Source: Pseudomonadota bacterium
GTDB lineage: Bacteria; Myxococcota_A; UBA796; GCA-2862545
Direction: 5' to 3'
Assembly: GCA_947490265.1 (NCBI GenBank)
Contig: CANLGQ010000001.1
Location: forward strand, 1 to 63,617
DNA: 63,617 nucleotides
The position numbers and the translations under genes are program-made. Positions 18,538-27,120 of the stretch are shown piece by piece. Below the pieces are notes generated by a model that was not told the DNA's origin, made no database searches, and saw nothing but the letters and a program-made list of their open reading frames with translations. How positions within the stretch are numbered: position 1 is the first letter of the stretch; the number at the start of each line of letters is the position of its first letter.

Positions 18538-19674
18538 ATGTCCGAAGCCACTCCGGAGCGCGGCGCGCTGATCGGGGGTGGCGGCGTGATCGCCGCTGCC
18601 GCCGCCGGCTACGCGCTGCTGGGCGGGACGCGGTACACCGCCGACTTCACCCAGTTGTGGGCGGCCACCCGTGCGCTCCTTTCGGGGATCTCGCCCTACG
18701 ACGAAGCGGCGGTGCTCGCCCTTGTTCCGGCCGACGTGGTCTGGCCGGTCCTCCCCTGGGCCTACCCGCCCTGGACCACCCTGATCCTCGCCCCGTTCGG
18801 GGCGCTCCCCCTCGACGTCGCGGGACGCCTGTGGTCGATCCTGTCGGCCGGTGCGGTGGCGATCGCCGCGCTCTGGGTGGCGAACGCGAAGACCCCTCCG
18901 GGGCGGATGGGGGTCGCGGCCGCCGCCACCCTGGCCTTTCCGACGCTCGGGCTCGTGGCCGTGGGGCAGCTCGTGGCGCCGGTCGCGGTGGGGGCGGCGC
19001 TGTTGATCCGCTCCTCGCACGCGGCGACCACCGCGATCGGCCTCGTGCTGCTCGCGACCAAGCCGCACTTGGGGTTGCCGGTCGCGCTCGCCCACTTCGG
19101 GTGGATGGCGCTCGCCCGCAATCGATCGGCGGCGCGCGGGTGGGTGCTCGGCGCCGCGATGGGGCTCGGGCTGTTGGGCGTGTGTTTCGCGCTCGATCCC
19201 CACTGGCCTGGCGCGTGGCGCGCAGCGATCGAGCGGTTGCGCGGGGAGGACACCTTCCGGCTCTGCGACACTTGCGCGAGTGCCACCGCCGCCGCCCAGG
19301 GTCCTTCCGGGCGGATGGGGGTGGCGCTGTTGATCGGAGCGGCCGGCTGGGCGATCGCGCGGCGTCGCGACCTGTGGGGGGATCGCGCTGCCGTGGTGAG
19401 CGCCGGGCTCCTCTGCGGACTGGTGTTTCTCCCGTACGTCCGCAATTACGATCACGCGCTCGCCGTGCTGCCGCTGGTGGCGGTCTGGTCGCGAGCCGAT
19501 CGCAACCGACGGCAGATCCTGGTGGTTGCCTGGCTACTGCCTTGGTTGTCCCTGGGTTTGAGTCGTGAGGCCGGTACGATCCCCTACTGGCTGTCGGCGA
19601 TCGCCGTGGCCGGGGTGTGGGCGGTCAGCGGCGCGGGCGCGGGCGCGGGAACCCAGGACCGACCGGCTTCTTGA
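18538..19674 (+). CDS. polytopic membrane glycosyltransferase-like protein (DUF2029/GT87-like, tentative)
   Basis: 378 aa, multi-TM. The N-terminal YTADFTQLWAATRALLSGISPYD resembles the DF..Y...G..PY motif of GT87/DUF2029 mannosyltransferase-type proteins. Confidence 0.6.
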   Translation: MSEATPERGALIGGGGVIAAAAAGYALLGGTRYTADFTQLWAATRALLSGISPYDEAAVLALVPADVVWPVLPWAYPPWTTLILAPFGALPLDVAGRLWSILSAGAVAIAALWVANAKTPPGRMGVAAAATLAFPTLGLVAVGQLVAPVAVGAALLIRSSHAATTAIGLVLLATKPHLGLPVALAHFGWMALARNRSAARGWVLGAAMGLGLLGVCFALDPHWPGAWRAAIERLRGEDTFRLCDTCASATAAAQGPSGRMGVALLIGAAGWAIARRRDLWGDRAAVVSAGLLCGLVFLPYVRNYDHALAVLPLVAVWSRADRNRRQILVVAWLLPWLSLGLSREAGTIPYWLSAIAVAGVWAVSGAGAGAGTQDRPAS

Positions 19675-20578
19675 GGGGATTCCCGGTCGAGGCGGGCGAA
19701 GGCTCCGGCTCCAGCTGTGGGGTGGCGGGCGGGGTCGTCGACCGGGGGGATCGCCGGGATGCCGCGAGGCCGGCGAGAAGCGCCAGCGCGAGCTGGCCCC
19801 GGAACCACCGGCTGGCCGCGATCAAGTCGGCGGTCAGTGCGCCCGCCGACGTCGCGGAGACGACTACCGCGTTGCTGGCTCGCTTCCAAAGCCTGGCCTC
19901 GTCGGCGAGCCGGCCGTCGACCCGCTCGTGGAGCGCGACCAGGTCCCACGGGCCGGTGCACGAGGCGGTCCACGCGGCGACCGCTCGGTTCTCGTCCCAG
20001 TCGGAGTCCACGATCGCATATCGCACCTGCTTCTTCGGACTGTTGCGGCTTCGCTCGGTCCAACTCACCTGGATCCCGTCGCGACACCCTCCGCTGCTGA
20101 GCCGGACCAACGGCGCGCCGGTCGTGCCGAGGTCGGCCGCCGCCAGTATCGGGATCTCGCCGCCCTCGAGGAACGCGAGTCGCTCGCTGGCGCTCGCCCA
20201 TTGAAACCCGATCGGGGCGCTCCCGAGCCACAGGCCGAGGAGACCGGTTCCGAGGGCCACGGACGGAGCCAGCGCCATCTGCTCGGCGGGGTTGCCCCAC
20301 GCCGCGCGGATCGCGGCGACCAGCGCGGGCGCCCCGGTGACGGCGCCCAGCAGGATCACCGAGACGAAGCCCGCGAGGCCCACCGGTGTCGGGACCAGCG
20401 GTGCCGCCAAGACCCAGGCCGAGGCCCAAGCCGTTCCGGCGACCGCGTAGCGGATCCCGAGCGCCGGTCCCGCGCGGAGTCGGCCAGCCCACCACCAGAG
20501 GGGGGCGGCCAGGGCGACGGCCAGGGCGGCGAGGGCGAGGTCGATCTGGGCGTCGAGCTGAGACGGGATTCCGATCAT
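19625..20578 (-). CDS. hypothetical membrane protein
   Basis: Start moved to ATG 20578 (MIGIPSQLDAQIDLALAAL...). N-terminal TM helices are followed by a soluble domain and a Pro-rich tail. The 3-prime end overlaps the convergent gene by about 50 nt. Confidence 0.5.
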   Translation of the reverse strand: MIGIPSQLDAQIDLALAALAVALAAPLWWWAGRLRAGPALGIRYAVAGTAWASAWVLAAPLVPTPVGLAGFVSVILLGAVTGAPALVAAIRAAWGNPAEQMALAPSVALGTGLLGLWLGSAPIGFQWASASERLAFLEGGEIPILAAADLGTTGAPLVRLSSGGCRDGIQVSWTERSRNSPKKQVRYAIVDSDWDENRAVAAWTASCTGPWDLVALHERVDGRLADEARLWKRASNAVVVSATSAGALTADLIAASRWFRGQLALALLAGLAASRRSPRSTTPPATPQLEPEPSPASTGNPLKKPVGPGFPRPRPRR

Positions 20579-20634
20579 GGCGGGAGGATACGCGAGGTAC
20601 AGGCGCCGGGCCCACGCGAGGTTATCCAGTCGCG

Positions 20635-22122
20635 ATGGAACGGTTCCGATCGGCGCTGGGGGTCGGCGCGCTGTGCGTGCTCGGTCTCTGGCCCCATGCC
20701 TACGTGCTCCCGCTGTGGCCGGAGTCCCGGGATGCGGTGCTGTGGGTCGGGCGCGGCGCGCCAACGAACTCCGGCTGGTTGAACTGGGTTTTCCTGAGCG
20801 ATCACTTCATCGGCTGGCGACCGGTCACCGCGTTGTCCTACAGCCTCGACGCGCTCGTCGCGGGGTTTGCCGCCTGGCCGTACCGGGTCACCGATCTCGG
20901 CCTGCACGCGCTGTGCGGCGTGCTCGTGTACCTCGTGTTTCGTAGCTGGCAACCGACCCTGCCGCGGTGGGGTGGCGCTGTTGCGACCGCGGTGCTTCTG
21001 GCCCATCCGGTCTCCGGGCTCGTGGTTCCCCACCTCGCGCGGCGGGCCTACCCGCTCTCGGTGGCCTTCGGCCTCACCGCGATGCTGCTGGCCCTGCACC
21101 GACCTGGGCGCAGCGCGCTCCTCCTCGGAGCGCTCCTGTTCGCGGCAGGGGCCAACGAAACGGCGTTCCTCTACTTTCCCGTCGTCGCGTGGCTGTTGCA
21201 CAGTCGCCTTGAGCGCGAGGTGTGGCGCACCCGGGTCGGGTGGATGGCGGTCGCCGTGCTGGTTCTGGTGTCGCTCCGGTTCGCGGTGCTGGGCGGCCTG
21301 GGAGGGTATCGGGTGGCAGCAGGGAGTCGCGTCGGGCCCATCGCCGGCTCGCTCCTCGAGGGGCTCCTCGGTGGGGCGGTGCTTCGGTCAGACGTCCCTG
21401 GCTTCCCGGTCTGGCTCACCGCGGTCCTTGCCGCCGTGGGGTGCGCTGGGCTTCTTGTTCTCCGGAAATCCGCCGCTGAGCCCACGGTGGTGTGCACGGC
21501 GTGGATTGCGCTTGCAGTAGCGCTGATCAGCTCCCAGGGCGTGTATTTTCCTCGTCAGGTCTATGCGGTGCTGCCGCCGTTCGCGCTGCTGGTCGGGATC
21601 GCCATGGCCCAGCGGCGGGTCACGTTCGTCCTCTGCGCGGCGGCCGTGCTTGTTGGGGTCGTCTGGCAGAGTCCGGTCTTGCGAGGTCCCGATCCGCTCC
21701 AGCAGGCCGGGTGGCGGGCCCACGATGCGCTGATGCGCGACCTCGTCGCTGATCTCGGTGGGTTGCCGCGGTCCGCGTTGGTACACGCGGTGATCCCAGC
21801 TTATCGGCGGTTCGAGCCCGATGCCCTCCGGGCACGGGGGCCGGAGGAGGAACGGTTCCAGGGTCGCCAGGCAGCGATGTGGGCCACCATGGTTACTGGC
21901 GTCCGTTTCGGCGGGATCGCCCTCATCTCAGCGGAACCGGGCGAGGCATTGCTCGCCTCGCTCGAGGGGCACGCGGCCCGGATCGGCGGTGGACACGCGG
22001 TAGTCGTCACCGAGGCGATGCGTGAGGACGGCGACCTTGTCCGGCCGGCCTCGATCGAGCCCGGATCATGGCTCTACGCCCACGATGGCAAGGTCGGGCA
22101 CCTCGTTCGGCTGACGCCGTGA
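20635..22122 (+). CDS. GT-C fold membrane glycosyltransferase (PMT_2/TMTC-DUF1736-like)
   Basis: ATG 20635 (MERFRSALGVGALCVL). The segment FLSDHFIGWRPVTALSYSLDALVAGFAAWPYRVTDLGLHALCGVLVYLVF matches the N-terminal loop/helix pattern of PMT/TMTC-type GT-C enzymes. About 11 TM segments. Confidence 0.7.
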   Translation: MERFRSALGVGALCVLGLWPHAYVLPLWPESRDAVLWVGRGAPTNSGWLNWVFLSDHFIGWRPVTALSYSLDALVAGFAAWPYRVTDLGLHALCGVLVYLVFRSWQPTLPRWGGAVATAVLLAHPVSGLVVPHLARRAYPLSVAFGLTAMLLALHRPGRSALLLGALLFAAGANETAFLYFPVVAWLLHSRLEREVWRTRVGWMAVAVLVLVSLRFAVLGGLGGYRVAAGSRVGPIAGSLLEGLLGGAVLRSDVPGFPVWLTAVLAAVGCAGLLVLRKSAAEPTVVCTAWIALAVALISSQGVYFPRQVYAVLPPFALLVGIAMAQRRVTFVLCAAAVLVGVVWQSPVLRGPDPLQQAGWRAHDALMRDLVADLGGLPRSALVHAVIPAYRRFEPDALRARGPEEERFQGRQAAMWATMVTGVRFGGIALISAEPGEALLASLEGHAARIGGGHAVVVTEAMREDGDLVRPASIEPGSWLYAHDGKVGHLVRLTP

Positions 22123-23930
22123 TCGCGCTCCTGCTCATCGGCTGCGGCGGCGAAGCTGTGCGCGTCTCCCTGGCCGACCCCCGCTACGCGGCGCCACCTG
22201 CGTTACCCGAGGCGATGGCGATCTACGCCCCGGTTGTCGACACGGATGACGGTACAGCCACGCCGGCCGGCTTCCTGCCCGACGGACGAGGCGGGATGAA
22301 CATTGCGCGCGGAGACGATGCCATCCTCATCCGATTCGGGCGGGTCGACCCGGGGGTGTTTGCGCGGCTCGTCTTGCCGGTCGCGATCGCCCATCAGCCG
22401 CGGATCGTGGCGATTCGAGCCGAGATCGACGGCCGGCCCTCGGTGGCGGAAGTGCGGTGGACGTTTCCGGTGCCCTTGCCGGATCCATGGGCGGGTCCGG
22501 CGCGGAAAGAGCCTCCGCTGTCGGAGCAGTGCGCGCCGTTCCTCCGGTCAAGCCCCGACCTCACCCCGCTCCTCGCCGAAGCGGCGGGCCGCCCGCTGGC
22601 GATCCGCCTCGAGGCGATCGAGGGCGAGATCGCGGTGTGGGACAGCGCGCAGATCGCCCATCCGGAGTGCCCCGGCCGCCTCACCCCGACGCTGGAGGTG
22701 GCGGAGTCCCTGCGCCAGTCGCTGGCCGGGAAGGAGATGCTGGTTCGACCTACCGATCACGAAGCTTCGGTGGCGGTGTTTCCGCTCCTTGACGTGGAGG
22801 TGGCGGTGGAACTCGGGATGGTGCGCGGGTCGTTCCAATCGGCGCCCGCTGGGAAGCGCACCGAGATCCGGCTCGACAACCTCGCGGCAGATGCCTCCTA
22901 TGAATGGCGGTTGTGGGTTCGGCGCGGAGACCAGGTCGAGGTGGGACCGAGCCATCCGATCCACACTCAGCGGGGGCCCGGCGCCTCGTTCCGCTTCGGC
23001 GTCACCGCGGATGGTCACCTCCTGAACATGGTGAATCGGCGGGCCTATTCGTCGATGCACCTGATGAGATCCACCTACCGGGCGATGCGGAAAGACGATC
23101 TCGACTTTCTGATCGACCTCGGCGACTCGTTCAACAGTGAGTCGTATCGAAGCTTCGACGCGCCGGACGACGAGGAAGCACTCCGTCGGCATCTGGCGGT
23201 TCGGCCGTATTTCGAGCTCGCGAATGCGCCGGTGTTCGCGGTAGTCGGCAACCACGAGGGGGAACAGGGGTGGCAGGGGGCGATCCGGGAGCGAGCGGTT
23301 CGCGCTCGAAACGAGACATTCCCCAACCCGCGACCCGATGCTTTCTACAGCGGCAACGCGCTCGAGCCCGAGGTTCGCGACTACTACGCGTTCACCTGGG
23401 GGGATCTGCTGATCGTGGTCCTCGACCCCTATCGCTACACGACGCGCAAGCCGCATGCGATGGACGGCGGTCCGGGCACGGGCGATCGGTGGGATTGGAC
23501 GCTCGGCCTCCCGCAGTATCGGTGGCTGGAAGAGACCCTGGAGGGATCGGATGCGGCGTGGAAGTTGGTCTTCGCCCACCAACTCACCGGCGGGACGAAC
23601 GAGTACGGTCGGGGTGGCGCGATGGCCGCTGATAGCTACGAATGGGGCGGGGCCGCGGAATTCGCCGAAAAGCGGCCCGGGTGGGGCCGACCGGTGCACC
23701 GGGTGTTGGCTGACACGGGGGTGACGGCGTTCATCCACGGACACGACCATGTGTTCGCGTTCGAGACGCCGAAGGACGGCGTGGCCTACCTGACGGCCCC
23801 GCAGCCGGGCGATGCGCTCGCCGACTTCGGACACGCCTCTCGGACCGACTTCGCCCCGGCCGCGGTGGTGATCCCGAGCAGCGGGTACCTCCGTTTCGAG
23901 GCGGAACCCGATGGCCTGACCGTCGTCTAG
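22119..23930 (+). CDS. metallophosphoesterase lipoprotein (purple-acid-phosphatase-like)
   Basis: GTG 22119 overlaps the upstream stop (GTGA). Lipobox LLLIGC. Calcineurin-like motifs FGVTADGH, DLGDSFN, VVGNHE, HGHDHVF follow an Fn3-like N-domain. Confidence 0.8.
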   Translation: MIALLLIGCGGEAVRVSLADPRYAAPPALPEAMAIYAPVVDTDDGTATPAGFLPDGRGGMNIARGDDAILIRFGRVDPGVFARLVLPVAIAHQPRIVAIRAEIDGRPSVAEVRWTFPVPLPDPWAGPARKEPPLSEQCAPFLRSSPDLTPLLAEAAGRPLAIRLEAIEGEIAVWDSAQIAHPECPGRLTPTLEVAESLRQSLAGKEMLVRPTDHEASVAVFPLLDVEVAVELGMVRGSFQSAPAGKRTEIRLDNLAADASYEWRLWVRRGDQVEVGPSHPIHTQRGPGASFRFGVTADGHLLNMVNRRAYSSMHLMRSTYRAMRKDDLDFLIDLGDSFNSESYRSFDAPDDEEALRRHLAVRPYFELANAPVFAVVGNHEGEQGWQGAIRERAVRARNETFPNPRPDAFYSGNALEPEVRDYYAFTWGDLLIVVLDPYRYTTRKPHAMDGGPGTGDRWDWTLGLPQYRWLEETLEGSDAAWKLVFAHQLTGGTNEYGRGGAMAADSYEWGGAAEFAEKRPGWGRPVHRVLADTGVTAFIHGHDHVFAFETPKDGVAYLTAPQPGDALADFGHASRTDFAPAAVVIPSSGYLRFEAEPDGLTVV

Positions 23931-23997
23931 GTGCGCAAGTTCCTGCGCGGCGACGGGCAGGATGGGAAAACGGCCTTTTCGCATACGTTTCCCCGGC

Positions 23998-25236
23998 CTA
24001 TTCCACGTAGCCAAGCAGAGTGAGGTGCTCGACCAGCGCCGGGTCGAGCTCCACCTCCACCGACGGTCCGCGGTAGCCGGTCCGGGCCTGAAACGCAGTC
24101 AGATCCGCAAGGAAGGCCTCGACCCGATCGGGGTGGTCTCCGGCGATGTCGGTGGTCTCGCCGGGGTCGGCGGCCACGTCATAAAGCGTAGGAGGACGGG
24201 CCGCCCCCTCCTCGAGGAGCAGCTTCCAGGGGCCCTGGTTCACCGTCCACAGGGTCGTCGCCTTCGTGGGCGAAGCCCGGTGGGCGAACAACGTGCGGGT
24301 GGGATCTACGCCGCGAAGCAGCGAGCCCGTCGCGTCGAGGCCGGCCATGTCGAGCACGGTCGGCGCGATGTCGATCAGGCTGACCGGGAATTCGACCCGG
24401 GCCGGTGAATTGCCAGGTCGGTGAATGATCATCGCCACGTCGTTCACCTCGCCGTGCAGCGTGAAGACGTGTCCGTGCTGTCCGTGCTCGCCGAACGCCT
24501 CGCCGTGGTCGGAGACCAGGGCAATGGCGGGCTCTCCCCACCAGGCGAGGCCGCTTGTGAACCGACTCAGCGCGTGGTCCATGCTCGCGATCTCGGAGTC
24601 GTACTTCGCGCGGTCTTGGGCGCCCGCATCGCCCGGCTCCAGGAACCACGGACGCCGGATCCGGTAGGGATGATGGGCATCGTTCAGGTGAACGTACAGG
24701 AAGGTGGGGCGGCCCGGGCCGGCGAGCAGGAGCCAACCCGCCAACCGGATCAGGAGGTCGCCGGCGTCGGCGTTGCGGTCGCGGTGGAGCGCGTCGAACC
24801 CCCGATCGAAGCCGAGTTCGGGGCCGATGTTGATATTGGCGGCGACGCCGTACGTTCGCCAGCCCGCCGCGTGGAGCCGCTCCGGCAGCGTTTCGACGCC
24901 CGCGGGGAGCCCCTGGAGATCGATGGCCGGATCGGTCAGCTCGACCTCCTTGCCGGCTGCTCGCTGCTGAGCGCGAAACCCACCGATCACCCCATGTTCG
25001 GTGGGGTAGAGGCCGGTGAAGATCGAGGCCGTCGCGGGCGCGGTCCACGACGATGTGGACAGCGCGTGGGTGAACACGGTGGAGCGCGCCCGGAGGTCGT
25101 CGATCCACGGGCCGTGGGCGGCGTCGGCCCGGGTGGTGTCGAGCACGATCAGGACGAGGACCTGGCGCGGCCAGAGCACCCACGCCGCTCCCACGGCGAG
25201 CACTGCGATGGTGGTTGCGAGGATCCGGCGCTTCAT
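23998..25236 (-). CDS. sulfatase-fold (alkaline phosphatase superfamily) hydrolase/transferase lacking the C-x-P-x-R formylglycine motif
   Basis: Signal/anchor MKRRILATTIAVLAVGAAWVLW. Metal-site VLIVLDTTRAD. At the FGly position the sequence reads T-A-P-A-T-ASIFTGLYP instead of C-x-P-x-R. ATGA overlap with the upstream paralog. Confidence 0.85.
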   Translation of the reverse strand: MKRRILATTIAVLAVGAAWVLWPRQVLVLIVLDTTRADAAHGPWIDDLRARSTVFTHALSTSSWTAPATASIFTGLYPTEHGVIGGFRAQQRAAGKEVELTDPAIDLQGLPAGVETLPERLHAAGWRTYGVAANINIGPELGFDRGFDALHRDRNADAGDLLIRLAGWLLLAGPGRPTFLYVHLNDAHHPYRIRRPWFLEPGDAGAQDRAKYDSEIASMDHALSRFTSGLAWWGEPAIALVSDHGEAFGEHGQHGHVFTLHGEVNDVAMIIHRPGNSPARVEFPVSLIDIAPTVLDMAGLDATGSLLRGVDPTRTLFAHRASPTKATTLWTVNQGPWKLLLEEGAARPPTLYDVAADPGETTDIAGDHPDRVEAFLADLTAFQARTGYRGPSVEVELDPALVEHLTLLGYVE

Positions 25237-26600
25237 TCGCCGACGTAGCCCAGCGCCTCCAGGGCGGCCCGCTCCGCGGGCACGAGCTCGACCGCGATCG
25301 GATCGCGCCGCCCAGCTTTGAGCGAGGCTTCCCAGCGGATAAGCTCCGCAAGGAGGGGATGGTCGGGTGACACGCCTAGGTTGTTTCGCTCCCCAGGATC
25401 GGTCGCGAGATCGTATCGCTCCGCGCCATTCTTACTGCGGATCACCTTCTCGGTGCCACGGATCGCCGCGACGATCCCGTTGCGCTTGGCGGTCTGGGTG
25501 AACACGGTCTTTGAGGTCGGGGGTTCGGGTCCGAGCGGGCGGCCGGCGAGGTCGGGCGGGCCGGCGGCCCCGAGGCAGGCCAGCACGGTGGGAAAGACAT
25601 CGAGGTTCGCCACCGGAACCTCGACGACGCCCGGCATCCAATGCGGACAGGATACCACCAGCGGCACGTGGACCAGCTCCTCGTACACGGTTTTGCTGTG
25701 GCCGAGCCGCCCGTGGTCGAGAAACTCCTCTCCGTGATCGGCGGTGAACACCACGAGGGTGCGGTCGTCGAGGTGGTCGAGCAGGCGACCGATCTGCGCG
25801 TCGGTCCAGGCGACCTCCGAGTCGTAGAGGCGCTCGAGCTCGGCCTTGTCCGCCGGACCGAGGGTCAGCGCGCCGAGTGCTGAGAACTTCATGTCGCTGC
25901 GGACGGGACCATCGTAAGGGGTATCAAATGCATATTCTGGATGCAGAATATATGCGAAGTGGGGGTCGAAGTAGTGGGCCCAGAGAAAGAAGGGCCGATG
26001 GCCGACCTGGTCGAGCCACGCGAGGGCGGCGTCGGTCACGCCGGTGGAAGAAACGCCGAGATGGCCGAGCACATTCTCGTCGTTGAACGTCTCGAATCCC
26101 TGGTCGAAGTTGTATTCGTCGGAGCAGAAGCTGTGGCTCACGAACGCCCCGGTCGCGAGCCCGGCAGCGCGCAGCGACTCCGCCAGCGTGGTTACCTCTT
26201 CGGGGAGGGCCGCGCGTTCGCCCAGGATCCCGAGCGTTGTCGGATACCGGGAGGTCATCAGCGAGCCGACCGAGGCGGTGGTCCACGGTGCTTGGCTGTG
26301 CGCCTGCGCGAAGCGGATCCCGCGGGCCGCCAGGGCGTCGAGGTGCGGCGAAGTGGGCCGCGGGTAGCCCCAGCCAGACAGATGGTCGGCCCGGAGCGTG
26401 TCCACCACGATCAGGACGACCGAGTAGGGGCGCTCGGGCGGGGTAATCTCGGTGAGCGGCGCGAGGGGCTCCGCGTCGCCGGCGGGACCCGGCTTGAAGT
26501 GCGCGCGGTGAGGGCGAGCCTTCCAGGCATAGAACGCCAGGGGAGCGCTGAGGATCAGCGCTCCGACCGAAACCGAGAACCAGCGGGCGCCGCGTCTCAC
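25233..26600 (-). CDS. sulfatase-fold (alkaline phosphatase superfamily) hydrolase/transferase lacking the C-x-P-x-R motif
   Basis: GTG 26600 overlaps the stop of the upstream membrane protein (GTGA). N-terminal TM (WFSVSVGALILSAPLAFYAW). VLIVVDTLRADHL. The FGly position reads T-T-A-S-V-GSLMTSRYP. Confidence 0.85.
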   Translation of the reverse strand: MRRGARWFSVSVGALILSAPLAFYAWKARPHRAHFKPGPAGDAEPLAPLTEITPPERPYSVVLIVVDTLRADHLSGWGYPRPTSPHLDALAARGIRFAQAHSQAPWTTASVGSLMTSRYPTTLGILGERAALPEEVTTLAESLRAAGLATGAFVSHSFCSDEYNFDQGFETFNDENVLGHLGVSSTGVTDAALAWLDQVGHRPFFLWAHYFDPHFAYILHPEYAFDTPYDGPVRSDMKFSALGALTLGPADKAELERLYDSEVAWTDAQIGRLLDHLDDRTLVVFTADHGEEFLDHGRLGHSKTVYEELVHVPLVVSCPHWMPGVVEVPVANLDVFPTVLACLGAAGPPDLAGRPLGPEPPTSKTVFTQTAKRNGIVAAIRGTEKVIRSKNGAERYDLATDPGERNNLGVSPDHPLLAELIRWEASLKAGRRDPIAVELVPAERAALEALGYVGE

Positions 26601-27016
26601 CCGTGGAGGCCGACGAAGACGACCGCCACCAGGGTGAGGACTTCCGCCAAGAGGAGGCAACCGCCGTTCACGAGGGGAAAGGCGCCGCTCTCTCGAAAGG
26701 TCAGGATGTCGTCGGACGCTGCATAGAGGCGGGCCCGCACGCCGGTGCCCACGAGCGCCACGCCCGACCAGGTGGCGACGAAGAGACCGATCGGAAGGGC
26801 AATCAGGCCTCCGACCATTCCGGAAAAGAACACGAGAGTGCCGAGGAAGCTCGAGGACTCCACGATGCCGAGCTCGACCGCCAGGACGGCCAGGGGGATG
26901 GGGATTGCCCCGGCAGCGAGCGCGAGCCAGCCGAGCGAGATGAGGAAATCTTGGGCCTTCCGCCAGGAGCGATAGCCGCGGCGGGGTTGGGCGGGTTCGG
27001 TGCTCGGCTTCCGCAT
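26597..27016 (-). CDS. small 4-TM membrane protein, unknown function
   Basis: 139 aa starting at ATG 27016 (MRKPSTEPAQPRRGYRSWRK followed by four hydrophobic helices). First gene of the coupled three-gene unit. Confidence 0.55.
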   Translation of the reverse strand: MRKPSTEPAQPRRGYRSWRKAQDFLISLGWLALAAGAIPIPLAVLAVELGIVESSSFLGTLVFFSGMVGGLIALPIGLFVATWSGVALVGTGVRARLYAASDDILTFRESGAFPLVNGGCLLLAEVLTLVAVVFVGLHG

Positions 27017-27120
27017 GGCGCGAGCATACCCCCACGGGGTTAGGAGTAGAGGTGTACACGCCTCTTTCCCCACCGCGAACCCATCCGCCGCCCGCGGTCC
27101 GGGCTGGGTGGTGGCCCCAA

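Noticed and set aside
25915-25960. Locally AT-rich patch (gtatcaaatgcatattctggatgcagaatatatgc)
   Set aside because: It lies inside the sulfatase-fold gene and encodes ...AYILHPEYAFDTPY... in frame. It is not an insertion scar or a promoter island.
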